A stretch of DNA of 64,000 bases. Source: Camelus dromedarius (taxonomy: Eukaryota). Shown piece after piece: positions 39,691-53,082 of the stretch (its first letter is position 1; the number at the start of each line of letters is the position of its first letter). Position numbers and translations under genes: made by a program. Where the stretch lies: contig NC_087437.1 in the NCBI RefSeq assembly GCF_036321535.1, positions 99,016,001 through 99,080,000 of the forward strand, given 5' to 3'. The notes beneath the pieces were generated by a model, which searched no databases, was not told where the DNA came from, and saw nothing but the letters and a program-made list of their open reading frames with translations.

Positions 39691-40300
39691 TAAAATCAAC
39701 TTTCCTTTTGTACTTAACCATTCAGCAAAACCAAGTAGGCAGTTCATTCATGACTGAAGGCTAAAATTTATTTTGTGTGTGTAGTGTAGGTTGAGTAACC
39801 CTTTTAAATACTACTTATGTGATCTTTTAAAAAATCTTGCTGTATTGATTGGTTTACAAATTACTTACAAGTATATTGCTATACTTAAGTGCTTCAGATG
39901 AAAAAGAATTTTAGTTGTTCTGAGCTTGATAGGTTATGAGCTATTTCTTTTCATTTTGTGATAAGCTTTACTTAATGAATAATAAAACATTTTGTATTTT
40001 ATAATAGAAAAAGTAGTACTGTGTCAGTGTTTGAGTAGCAAACAATTCTGGCTTTATGTCTTGTTCCATTTTTTACTCTTCAGATTAAAAATAAAAGCTG
40101 AGAACATTACCTGTAATGGATTATCAAATATTTGCATCATTGCTTTTCTGAACATTTGAGTTTTAATTTTTAGGTAATATTGATTTGCTAAATGGTAACA
40201 ATTTGTATTTTAAATCACATTTGAAATGCCTCCTGTTTTGAGTTTTGCGTTTTTTCTTTAATCCTTAATTTTATAATAGTTTTTGAAATATGATTTGCAG

Positions 40301-40501
40301 AGGAGTTTAATAAAGAAACTGGGCAGGCCCTTGTTGGAATAGAAACACTACCACCGGATTTAAGAGATTTTGTTGAGGAGGACAACCTGCGATTTGAGAA
40401 AGAATTGGAAGAATGGGATGCACAAGTTGCCCAGAAAGCTTTGCAGGAAAAACTTTTAGCAACTCAGAAATTGAGGGAGTCAGAGTCTTCTGTGACAACA
40501 G
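40301..40501 (+). CDS. USP25: USP25 exon 17 (201 nt): (E)[66 protein letters not shown](A)
   Basis: gatttgcag|AG ... CAG|gttagt; phase 1-1. Confidence 0.96.
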
Positions 40502-43464
40502 GTTAGTCCGTTTTTATTAAATTGCATTTTATTTTCAATATCATGTTTATAATTGATAGTTTATTATAAAAATAATATATGCTCTTGGGGGAAGGAAAAA
40601 AAAAACTTTAGTTATTCTAAAGTATAAAGACACCAGCAAAAAATCATCTGAAATTCTATTACTCAGAGATAACAAAAGGCAACAATTTAGTTTACCTCTT
40701 TGTCAGACATTACTGTATACATATATACCTTTCTTAGGTTAAATGAGATGATTCTGCTCATGCTCCCTCTACCTATCCTGACTACTTTGACTTTTCTTGG
40801 CAAGAGGCTTGGAAAAGCTATGAAACCATCAGGTAGCTCAAATCAGTTCACTAAAGCTATCAGAAGAATGAACTCTATTAATTACATATTTGAGCAAAGT
40901 AATACTATTGTTATATCTATATAGATTTTATATAATACTGAAACTGTTAATGTAGAGAATTTATTTGATTTTTTTTTTAGAAATCTTAAAGTTAAAAACA
41001 AAGCTAGCAGAAACTAAATATTTAACATATTCCAAGTAAAATTGTGTATGGACCCATTAAAACAAGAATAAAAATGTATAAAAATATAAGCATTAAAAAA
41101 TCATTCTATAGTTATCAACTGATGAAATCAATAAAATATTGGGACACTATAAAAATTAAATATGTTCTAGCAAAATTGAAAATAGAATGTCTTCTGATTT
41201 TTTAAAGATTAATTTCATCATCATCAAGTTGTGAATATATTTTAGAATGATATATTTTGTATTGCAGAAAAGGTTCTATTTCTTTTTAGTCACTGGGGAA
41301 ATGAGAGGAGATAGATTAAACACAGGTATTTTCCTTAAACTCATTTGTCTTTTTTTTTTAATAACTGAGTAGATCTTTTTGAATCACCTCTTTTTTGTAA
41401 AATCTGTTCTGTGTGTTTTGTTTTTATTTCTTAAGGAAGCATTTTAGGTGTTTTGACATACAGGTGCTCATGCAGCATTGCCTAGGTAGGTTTCAGCATT
41501 ATCATCTGAACTTTGAAGGAATTACTTTTCAGTGAGAGAGATTTATAATACCACAGTGTGGTATGGTGATTGATGCAGGCACTCACAGATCTTCCCAGAC
41601 TTATGACTTATTTTCATAAGAATTGGATAGCTGATGATCTAAGAGGCATTGGTTCAGAATTTTTAAAAGACCAAGATAATAGTATTATACCAACAGAAAT
41701 GCCCACATTTTGATACATAATGGAGTAGAGTATATCTTAATATCACCATTGTTGTCTCTAGTGAGCTCAACTATTGCAAGGACTGTAGTTTCTTCCTGTA
41801 CATCAGAGGGCCACCGTGTGGAACAGCTGAAACTCTGTGGTTTCACAACAGTGCAGTTACATTACAGTAACTTCGTATACATTAGTAGGGAATAAAATAG
41901 CTCAGTAGATATCAGGAGGTTTCTGTGTTCAAATCACAGTGTAGTAACTATATTACAGTTCCTTTCATTTTGGGGCCAGTTCCATCTCCCGGTGATTTCA
42001 CCCCTTGAATTCTTTACGTATCCCTCCCAAACCGCTCCCCAGAACCTGCCCCATGATGGAGCCACTGTGTGACTCTTTCTTAGCTTTGAAGTACCCAGTT
42101 TGCACGGAGCTGTTCTCCTTTTGCTGGTGGGAGGACGGAGCTGTGCAGTTAGCTGCGTAATTAGTGAAAGTGGTAGTGGCACCTGAGCGCCCAGCGGAAG
42201 GTGAATCCTTCATCCATTGGTTAAGCTCCGTTCTTGGCTCATTTATATTTTATAGCATTAAAATATTAAATTCTCTACAGTCTCCTTCTCTTCATCTTTT
42301 CTGTTTCTCACAAGACTCAATTTACAGACATTTTATTTTTACTAAGTCAAATTGATGTGTATTTCCCACTGATATTCCTATCTGACAAGACTAGCTAATT
42401 TTTCCCCATCCTTTTTATTTGTCTGTATGAAAAGAGCACGTCTGTATGCCCCACTGCCTTTTTTTCTTTGATCAGTACTTCCTGTCATACACTTTATATG
42501 CTGTTTTATAAGTTTTAAAATAACTCAGTAGTAGGCATTGGTCATACAATTGCATGCCTCTCTTTTTAGTGTTTAAAAAAACAAACCTGAAGACGAATGC
42601 AGGTATATTTCTGAGAGAAGCCAGAATAACTAAAAAATAAAGAGACAGAAAAGGTGAATCCACATCTAACTGTTATAATTATCTTCTAGGCTGGTGTTTT
42701 AAAAAACAATGGCAATACTGCCTCAGTAGGAAACATTATGTCCTCTCTAGAATTGCTAGAAATACGTACTTTGAGTTAGTAGAAATAAAATGTGCTAAGT
42801 CTATAAATTTGAGGAGTGAGATTATTGTTTAAAAGATTGGTTTCTATTACTGTATTGTCTTAAATACCATACTAAGAAATCCATCCTCTGTTTCAGGGGA
42901 ATTTAACATAGCACAATTAAATAAGGAAATCTTTTGTAATATGTTTATTAGAACCATTCTTTCGTATTATTAGTAGAGAAATTTTACTTTGATGCCCATG
43001 CTATCATTTTCCAGTGTCTCTTCACATTTTTCAAAGTAATTTGTTTAATTTGGCATAATGCTTTCAGAATATCAAAGTGAAACCTGTATTTAAATCTCTC
43101 AGGTGTGCACTAATATGGGTGACTAGTGGACATAATGTAAGGAAATCTTGTTTATAAAATCCATCAGAGTAATTTTTTCTTCCCTCCTTGCAAATCTTCT
43201 CAGTAGAGCTATAATCTAAAAACCATTAAAATTTAATTTTTTCTGAGTGATACCCCAAATTAGAATTAATTTATATAATATTAATTAAATGAGTGTTTAT
43301 CTTCTTTAACACGTGACCAAGAAATCAATAGGCATTACTTCTCCAGCACCATTCATTTTCTTATTGAAACTAAGTAATAAATGATAGGAAAGTATTTTTA
43401 GTCCATCTCACTCTACCTTCATAAACCTGCTTACTCCAAAAGAAAACTGTGTTTAAAAAATTAG

Positions 43465-43660
43465 CCAATAGTTCTTAACTGTTACTGTATATATCAGAAT
43501 TACCTGGAAGACTTTTTTTCAGAGTATAAACAGGACACCCCACCTAAGACCACCTACGACTTACTGGGATCAGAATCTGTGGAGGAAGAGTCCAGAATAT
43601 ATATTTTTAAATAGATCTGCAGACAGTTCTGAGGTGTACCTCTGGTTAAGCAGCATGGCT
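43465..43660. mobile_element. MER5-like hAT-Charlie MITE
   Basis: atcagaattacctggaagact...ttactgggatcagaatctgtggagg...tttttaaatagatctgcagacagttctgag. Confidence 0.7.
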
Positions 43661-46600
43661 CTAGGCTGTATGTATAGAACAGAAGTTTCTCTGAAGGAGA
43701 GACAGGCTTTGCCTCAGTTCTTGTTTTACTTGTGTTACTTCTGTCTTATTCAAAAACCACTAGATGTCCTTATGACGTATATAGCATACCCAGCTTTTAA
43801 AAACAGAAAGAAACTGAAACCAAAAAGTAAGAGTAGAAAAAATGGTTAATACTGGTATGAAATTCATTCCAAAAGATTTCATAGATTTTCTTAGAGGTGG
43901 CATGCAGAATTGGCTCTGGAACTTTTCTGCTGTCTACAAGTCAAAAATCAGCTGATGCTCCAGGAATGTACAACTGGTTCCTAAAAGTTAGACCTGGTAG
44001 AATGAACACTATCCTCAACACTCTCAAGTTCCTTTAAAGCAGGAACTGGGTGATGTCTTTATTTAAATCTCCAAATCTAGCATAATAAATTACATATGAT
44101 AGATACCCCTTCTGTGTTTTCTGATTTGATTTCATTCCCTATGGAGATTGCAGTCATGAGTTCCTAGGGGCAATCCTCAGTATATGGGAGTATCACGATT
44201 TAAAAAGTATAGTCAAAATAACTACATTATGGAAGAAGACTAAAAATACGTAGTGCAGATACAGCTCTATATCCTGGATGAATTTTAGGTTTAACATTGG
44301 TTCCTAAAGCCTCTACCTGTCACATTCCTGACAATCTTGTTTGTGGTGGCATCCAGGAATCTGAAGTCTCCAGAGTTTTTCTGATAATTCTGTGCAGGAG
44401 CCTAGCATGGCTCTTGTAGGCTGCTTTTGGAAGATCATTGATTTTAAACACATTTCTAGAAACAAATGGATTTATTTGCTTTGAAGCAGTCCTCTTTATT
44501 CTTCTAAATGTGAATGTAATAATAGTAAGTGTGACTCATTAGTAAGTCACAGTATGAAATATTTCTGAAAGATATGAAATACTGCTCCTTTTTAAATAGT
44601 TAATTAAAGAGCAGATCCTATGCTTTAACAGAAAGCCCTTTGTTTGTCACGTTGACTCTCTTAAAATGTTGAAGGATGTAACCAGGAAATAGGCAGAGAA
44701 TATTCTCAAGGCCCTTCCAGACCCTTACTTTAGACAGGAAGGTGGACCAAAGGAGCAGTCTCAGAGTGCTCCCAGGTTGTTAGATTTTATATAACAGCCA
44801 AATAGGTGAATGAAGCCCTTCCATTATGAACACAGAGCTTGGCTGGATAAAGTCTTATGTGGAAGATAGCTATCCAGAAATCTCAGTGAAACACCCATAG
44901 AACAGGTAATTGATTTGAGAGATACTCTAGTTACGGGGATACCTCCACAGAGAACTAGTCATTCACAGTCGAACAAGTGCATTCAGGAGTTTGTAGCTGC
45001 AGATAGGTAACCAAGGAAGACTTCCAGGAATTAAGAATAACAAATGTCACCGCTGAAGCTTGAACAATAACATATTGTTTCATAACTGAGGGACCGGTTA
45101 GTATAAAAATGTCAGTTAGAATATAAAGCAAACAGCATAGCCTCTCGTTACTGAGTTCCTGCCATTTATATAGGCCAGCGGCGGTGCGGCTTCTGGAGAC
45201 TCACAGGGTGAACAAAAACCATTGTGTGTATTTGCACACAAAAGAGCCAGAGTGTTTGTCCAACTGTTGTTTTTAACAAAGAAATGGAAATTCCCTAAAT
45301 GTATGGCAAGATATTAGTTGTATGAGCCTTTCATACAAAACAACATTGTATAACCAGTAAAAAATATATTGACAGGAAAATTGTTATATTAAGTTAAAAG
45401 GAGTATATTCATAATGGTTCTTTTTGTTTAAGACAATGGGAAAAGTCTGGAAATATATAATACTAAAAATATTGATAGTGCTTAACTCTGCATAGTGGAA
45501 AGAGCTTTTTATTTTCCTCCTTTGGTTATTTGTTTGTTTTAGTGAACACATTTTTTACTCTTCCGGTTTGACAAAATGAAGCCAAAACCTTTTTTCTTTT
45601 TTATGAAAACCCTCTGTTATAATCTGACTCCCTGGTAATTCTTTCAAGACAGCCTTTCTATAAATACGTTATGTTTCATCTAAACCAGATTATTCCCCGT
45701 TATTCTTAGTTGTAGGGAACTTTCCTTTTATTATAGGTTTGCTCACGAAGTACCCTTCATTTAAAAAATGTCCTCTTACCTTCACTGTTCTCGAAATTTT
45801 ATCCATTCTTTAAGACCTTCCTCATACCCCGAAGTCTTTATGAATCTCCCTAATAATACCCCTGTAGCAACTATTGTCTTTTTTCCTCTATTCTATTCCC
45901 AGTCTGTTCTCACTACCAAATTTATGTTATATTTTTGATTTGCTTACCAGTGTAAAGGCTCATTAATAACAAGGACTTAATTAATCTTTTATCTGTCCTT
46001 ACCAGTGCCTTTGCATGTGCTGTTCCTCCTACCTGGAATTATCTTCTTTCTAATCTCCAAGATAATCTCTGCAAATCCTTCAAGACTCATCTCAGTTGGC
46101 ATTTCTTCTAGAAAGTCTTTCTTAAGATGCAGCATCATTCCAAGTGTGTATATTGGGTCCACAGTGCTTCTGTAGGACCTTGTGCATAAGTCTTTTATTG
46201 TATTTAGTACTTTGTACTGTAATGGAATATATATTTATCTGATTTTATTGAGAGGTCTTTAAATTTAGTGAATGAATTTTATGTCTTTTTTTTTTTTTCC
46301 CCCACACAGTACTGAGAATGGCACTGGCTCAGTAAACATGTTGGAAATGAGATTTGGGGTTTTGTTTACAAACTTCCAGATCTCCAGTCCTTGTAGGTTC
46401 ACCTACTGTGACTACAGCACCACTCAGATAAGTTCCCTAGAAGATACATACACAAGGAAAATTCTGGAGGAAATAGTTCTGTATGACATTTAGGCAAAAT
46501 CGTTCAGCATCATTTATGAGAATTTTGGACTGAAATTGCTATGTGGAAGGAAACCTTGACACTGGTGACCTAAAGTATATTTGACTGTGTTGATCAGATA

Positions 46601-47039
46601 AAAATACTTTTGCTCCTAAGGACCTAATTTACATACACTGTCCAGGTTTCCATGGCTTAGACCAGTGTCAGACCAGATGGATTTCTTGGCCCTCATTGCA
46701 TTAAGCTCACATCCTATTAGCCATTGATGTTTTTTTATCTATTACAGTGAGAAGAGACAAAGAGGGGCAAGCATAAGTGATCAAAGCTTTATCAACAAGA
46801 AGTTTCTCTCTGTTAAGCCCTAAACCAGCTGGCTTAAGTCACTGATCATGAAACCTTCCAGAAGCAGAAGCCTTGCTGAGCTGGAACCTAAGATTTTCTT
46901 ATCACATAGGGACAATGAAAGAACATTGCAGTACAAAGTCAGGAAATACAGAAATGAGGACATTTAATTTCTTTTTCTCTGCCCATCACACACGTTGTAA
47001 GTTTTAGTTCCTTCCTTTAGTTTTCCTTGTCATGGTATA

Positions 47040-47715
47040 TGTTAGCCCCTTCATCCTGCTTATTCATGCAAAAACTTGAGTCATCTTCACATCAGTCTCC
47101 AAACCTTTGTCTAAAATATATCTTGACTCTAACAGTTCTCTCTGTTGCTGTCCCTGTTGTCCAAAAGCACAGTCATTTCTTGTATTGTTCTGGTACCTTC
47201 TAGTACTTTCACTGCTTCAGATTTTATTCTCCTCTCTAATCCATTCTTCAAAATGTAGCCAGATAATTTTTTTAAACCTGCCATGTTGCCATTGTATTTA
47301 AAACATTTATTCACTTCCTTTTGCCCTCAAAACTTTTATGTGACTCACAGGCCTCTATTTTATCCTTAACCTGCATCTTCTCTTGCCATATTCAAGAGGA
47401 GCTCTTGTACTATAGTTCAGCCATTCTAGGCTCATGCTCACTTCCTGGGCTATTCATTCTTCATGTGGCAAACCTAATCTATCATCCTTCAGCTAAAATC
47501 TAAATTACCCCTCCCCCATTTTATCCCCAGAATGTATTATTATAATATTGTCACAATTCGTATGTGTGATTCTTTGGTTGATAACTTTTTCCATAGTTGA
47601 CTATAAGCTTCTTGGAGGCAGGAACTGACTGCTTTGCTCACACCGGGAGTCCCAATGCCTAGCCTAGTGCCTGGTACTTAGATGCTTAGTTAAAGATTAC
47701 TGGGTAAATGAAAGA
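47040..47715 (+). mobile_element. LINE-2 3' portion
   Basis: aaacttgagtcatctt...gactataagcttcttggaggcaggaactg...tagtgcctggtactta. Confidence 0.7.
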
Positions 47716-47959
47716 CCATGTGTCTATGTTGAAAGTATAGCATTTCTTTTTGAATGGTATTTCATTTTGAGAGATGTTTTAAATTAATCAAATATTGGGA
47801 ATAATGACAGTAACCTTGCCGTTTCTTACCAGTTGGTTGAGCAAGAACTCACGTAACCTATCCCAGTAACACTGTAGAATATTTTCATGTACTTTCTTAT
47901 TCCTCCTTTCAGTTCATTTGTTCCATTATGTTATTGTGTGCTTATTATATGTTCGATGT

Positions 47960-48700
47960 TAAAGAAACAGCAGAGTACAAAAGGGAAATAACATCCCTGC
48001 TCTGGAGATGCTTACAGTCTAGCAAGGAATATGGGCTTGAAACAAATACTTAATAACAGTAATGAAGTCACAATTGTGATAAGTGCTGTTAACGAGAAAG
48101 TATAAGCTACTCTTGAGCAACAGTTCTCATCTGGGAGTGGTTTTGTTCCTCAGGAGGCATTTGACATTACTGATTGTCACACCTTGGGGGTCAGTACTAC
48201 TGGCATCTGGTGGGTTGATGCCTGGATACACTGGACAACCCTCTGCACCAAAGAATTGTCCAAACCAAAGTGTCAGGAGCGCTGAGGCTGAGCAACCCAG
48301 CTCTGGAAATGGGGTAATCAGGAATACTTCTATAAGAAAGCGGTATTTAGACAAGAGACTGTGTAGAAGTTATTAGATGAGCAGGGGAATGAGACTAGGT
48401 GAACTTACAGGCAAAGGGAAGAAAATGAGGAAGATCCAAAGGTTGAAAAGTAAACCTCTTCTTCGGTGTATTGGATAAGCTGAGAAAAGGCTAGTGTGTG
48501 TGTCCCTTTATGATCAAAGGGCAAAGGACACCAGGTGATGCTGGAGAGATAGGTGGAGGCTCACTTATGTAAAGCCTGGTAGGTTGTGAAAGGATTTTGG
48601 GGCTGTCTGTTAAACAGCCAGTGGACTTCAGAGTACACTGTTGGGTCTTCAGGGTCTGGAGCTCAGAGCTTAAGCAGTAGATATGACTTGGAGAGTTCTT
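47960..48700 (-). mobile_element. LINE-2 fragment (antisense), interrupted by MER20
   Basis: catccctgctctggagatgcttacagtctag ... gtaaagcctggtaggttgtgaaaggattttgg. Confidence 0.65.
48117..48302. mobile_element. MER20 hAT-Charlie MITE
   Basis: gttctcatctgggagtggttttgttcctcaggaggcatttgaca...ctactggcatctggtgggt...caaagaattgtccaaaccaaagtgtcaggagcgctgaggctgagcaaccc. Confidence 0.85.
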
Positions 48701-49256
48701 TGCAGAGATGGTGTTTGGAGTCTTGAATTTATATTGGTACCAGTTTGCCAAGTTGTAATTGTTTTCCCTCTGACAGCACTCAGCTACCAGGAATAGGTTC
48801 ATAAAAGACAGAAGGTGGGTTTATTCAGGGCTAGAGTTTTGTTAAGATAGGTGTGAGAAAGTATATTATTGTGGCCAGAAAAACAGCTGCTGTGCTCTCT
48901 GTGGAAATTCAGACCAGGATTGTTATACAAAGGAATCTTTTTTTTTTTTGGTAGAATGCTAGTGATTTTTCAGAGTGAGATTTTGGTATTTATCATGACA
49001 GAAAAATTTACTGTGAATTTCTTAGCATAAACTGTACTGAGGGCTTTCTTTTGTAATTATTTGACTAATCTTGGATCTGATTCCTTTTTTTTTTATGGTA
49101 AATTCTGGGGGATGTGCTGTATATTGAAGGATGTATTACTTTAAATAGAAGAGTAAAATTGATTATTGTTTAACTTCAAATGAGAAATAACAGATTCATC
49201 TTAGTATAGACTTTGTGATTTATATTAGATATACAATTGATTCTTTTCTCATGAAG

Positions 49257-49396
49257 CACAAGCAGGAGAACCAGAATATCTAGAGCAGCCATCAAGAAGT
49301 GATTTCTCAAAGCACTTGAAAGAAGAAACTATTCGAATAATTACCAAGGCATCACATGAGCACGAAGATAAAAGTCCTGAAACAGTTTTGCAGTCG
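49257..49396 (+). CDS. USP25: USP25 exon 18 (140 nt): (A)[46 protein letters not shown]
   Basis: ttcttttctcatgaag|CA ... TCG|gtaaga; phase 1-0. The exact acceptor could shift +6 or +9 in frame. Confidence 0.93.
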
Positions 49397-52300
49397 GTAA
49401 GAACTTTTCTTTTAGCTCTCTGAACGTAGCCGCCATGCTCACGAGGTTTCCTGGCAGTGTAAGGAGAATGCCCTGTCTGGGAGTCAGGAGAGACTGGGCT
49501 GAGGGACGGCTCTTCCATGAACATGATCAGTGATTGCAGGTGCCACCTGCAGTCTGTAATTTCCTCAGCTGTAATTTTTAAAATACTGCTTTAAAAAAAA
49601 TAAATTTCTATCTTTCTGTTAGAGAATTATGAATAATCATAGACTAAACTGGTCATTTGATTTGAAACTTAAAAAGAGAAGTACAAAATTTAGCATTATT
49701 TTTCCTTTCCCTAACCTTCCCTCCATATTTAGTTGTATTACATTGGAGTAGCTGGGAATGTAAAATATGATTTTCATTGTTACCTGGACTGTGTCAAACA
49801 ATCAAATACTAGATATTCTAGGTTAAAATATTATTAGCAGAACAAATATGATACCATAAAACAGTTTTTGCATACTTCAAGGGTATCCTGTACAAAATTG
49901 TCATTATATGGCTCCTGTATTATAATTTCAAGTAATCAAATGTATCTTTTTATAACAGTAAGTTGAGCACATTGATATTGTATTATGTTTTCAATGAATA
50001 TATCCTGAGAGATGTTATTGCAAGAATTTTGTACTACATAACAATTCAGTTGCTGTAGTGATTTATTTTTTATTTTATTAGTGAGTACAGGCAGCTCAAG
50101 TACATATTTTGTGATAGCTAATTTTAGTATTTGAAGATTCCTCTCCTAGGAGAACTAAAGAAAACAGGACATCTAATTTTTCAATACATAATTTTCTACT
50201 TAATGAACTTAATCCCAGTAATAGCCTGCTAATTTCAGTGAGGTCTTTAATATGATAAGACCTTGATTAACCAAAATGTTCAATTAATAGGGTATTCTGT
50301 TAATTATGTTTTGATGAACAAAGTAATAAGAAATTATTTTTAAATTTTATTTCCTGTTTGAAGAAGTTTGATATATAATCATCTTACTATAACATATATA
50401 TTAATACAGATATTTTTCATTATTCCAAATTTTGCAAGTAACCTTGAGACTATGAATAAGCTTGAGATGAGGACCTGCTAACTCTGAAGCACTTCCTGAA
50501 AAATGCTTCTTTTAATGGCTCTGGGGTGTCTGCTTTTTGGAGAATGGTAGAAGAGGAAATATGTGGGAGGGAGAAAAGGCAGAGAAGTAGATACAAGGGA
50601 GAAATATTTTTGCCTGACATAAAAATATAAATTGCCAGGGCTTTTGCTAATTAGGATTTTTATTTGTTAGAGCCTAAATTATGGTTGATAAGTAGCATCC
50701 TTTTAACTGGTGATCAGAAAGCCAAAAGCATTAGTTGAGTGTAGAATCATGACTTTTTATTTTGGCTAATCATGTGTAATTTAAATTTGCAGAAATGAAC
50801 ACTTAAATTTTGATTGCTTGGTTTATTAATACAGATATCATCTTACAAGGCAGCAATCTACTGTTTCACCTTTACTTGAGAAAGGAGATGGCACTGAGAG
50901 AATATGATAACTAGCATAAATATTTTTCCATTTGGCTTCTTTTGTGGAGTAGCACCAACAGTTGGCCCCATTATCTGTATAAATCCTGCAGAATGTCTGG
51001 TCTCATAGTCAGTTGCTTAGGATCATGGTAATCACTTACTGGGTCTTCTCGACTGAAGGTATGCCTTAGAAACTAAACTGCAAAGAGTCTTCAGATGTGG
51101 GGAGTAGATAGTACTGTGTTTCTGAATATTGGTTTTACTTCTTACTAACTGCAAATTTAAGTAAGTTGCCTAATTTTTCTAAACCTCTTTTTTTTTAACA
51201 TAAGATGGAAGGGATTTGGGGATGAATTAAGATCATTTTTTTTAAGTGCCTAACATGTACCATAGGCCCTTAGTAGCTGTTTGTTTCCTTCTGTTACTTA
51301 AATCCTAACCATTTCACAAATATACATATATAAAATTCCAGCCTTAAGGTTAAAAAAAAAATTCCTGGAAAGCTTAGAATCAAAGAAACCATAGAGAGAT
51401 ACTCTCCAAAGGTTAAGACACCTTACTTTTTAGAAAAATGTCTCTAATTTTAAATGAACTATTTTTAAAAATAGAGAAAAGCAGACTCCAAAAAAGACTC
51501 ATGCATATTCCTATTACCCAAAGTTAATCATTGTTAATATGTTGGTGTGTTTTCTTTCATTCTTATTTTTATATACAGGTTTGAGATTTATTTTTGTAGT
51601 TGAATTACTACTTTGTATAAAATTTTATATCGTAACTTTTCTTTTTTAAATCACTTCATTATTTCTCCATGTTATAAGCTCTTTGTAAAAAACATTTAAA
51701 TGGTTGAATAATACTCCGTTAGGTGACTAAATTCTTTTTTACTTACTCACCCCCCATTGTATATTTGTTTCTACTTTTGCATTATTATGAATGGCTCCTA
51801 AAAATGAAACTTCTATATTTCTGGTTATTTCTTTAGATTCCCACTGGTTGAATTACTAGGTTAAAAAGTATGAGCATATAAAGGGGGCCAAAAGAGTGGA
51901 AGGTATATAGCTTTCTAATCACCCTTTTATGAACCACTTTTTTAAAAAGTCATATATTTAATGGATTTCAAGCAATTAGTAAAAAGCTTTATATTTTAAT
52001 TATTTTTGCAACTTTTTAACTTGAGGAACTTATTTTTAATCTCTTTCAAGTTCAGCCTTTGTTAAGGTGTTCACGTGGGGCCTGACAGTAATAGGAAAAT
52101 ACAAATATACCTGTACTATACCTCAGTGAACCCTAAAGTTCTTTATATGAAAAATTTTTAGAGTACTTTAGGATACCTGCACTTGATGAGCAATACAATA
52201 CGTATTATGTGTGTGTACATATGTACGTATATATTTATATACAATTATTATATGTGCCCAAAGTTTCTTCCTTTTTTCAACTTTCACCCATGTAATTAAT

Positions 52301-52914
52301 CAGTATTATGCTATTGAAACTCTTCTACAGTAACTGAAAATGTTTATTAAACAGTTATTTTACCTAAGTGCAATTTTTTTCAAAGGAAATATGTTGTTTT
52401 ACAAGGATCAGTATTGTAAGGAATACATTTCCCAGTTGCTACTTACCTTAAATTTATCTTTTTCTTCTCATTATAGTATTGTTTTGGATTGGTTTGCTTG
52501 TGAGAAACTTTTCACCACAAAGTGAAGATAAATTTCTTCATTTACTTGCTTATATTTCACTTGTGAATGGAGACCTAGGACAATTTTTACTCTCTCAAAT
52601 GCTGGAAAGATTAAGAACTCCTAAATTAGATGTCATAGGTCAAGCTTATCTCTGTAAGATAAGTGTGGCAGTAATATTGGGTTAGAATTATTCAAATAAA
52701 AGCAATTTAAAGTAACATAATAGTATAATAATATTGGTAATACCTATCATTTATAGAACAAAAATTACGTATCACGTGTTGGGTTAGCTGAATATTATCG
52801 CTCATGATAATGACAACCATGCAGGTTGGTTATTTCCTCTTGAAAAGCTGAGGATTCGAATAGAGCAAAGAAACCTTTTCTAAAAATGTTATGATTAAAA
52901 ATAACATTTCTATT

Positions 52915-53082
52915 GGGGAGGATATAGCCCCAAGTGGTAGAGCACATGCTTAGCATGCATGAGGTCCTGGGTTCAATAACCCCAGTACCTCCTCTAAAAA
53001 TAAACAGACCTAATTACCCCCCCCCCACCAAAATAAAATAATTAAATAATACAATAATAAGTAAATAAAATATTTTTTTTTA
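52915..53082 (+). mobile_element. tRNA-derived SINE, Vic-1-like (camelid), copy 2
   Basis: ggggaggatatagccccaagtggtagagcacatgcttagcatgcatgaggtcctgggttcaat...cctaattaccccc; TSD aaaaataacatttctatt (52897-52914) / aaaaagaacatttctttt (53083-53100). Confidence 0.85.

Noticed and set aside
49249..49524. Antisense 91-aa ORF over exon 18 (also 40307..40498 and 32298..32528)
   Set aside because: Antisense shadows of coding exons with no independent support.
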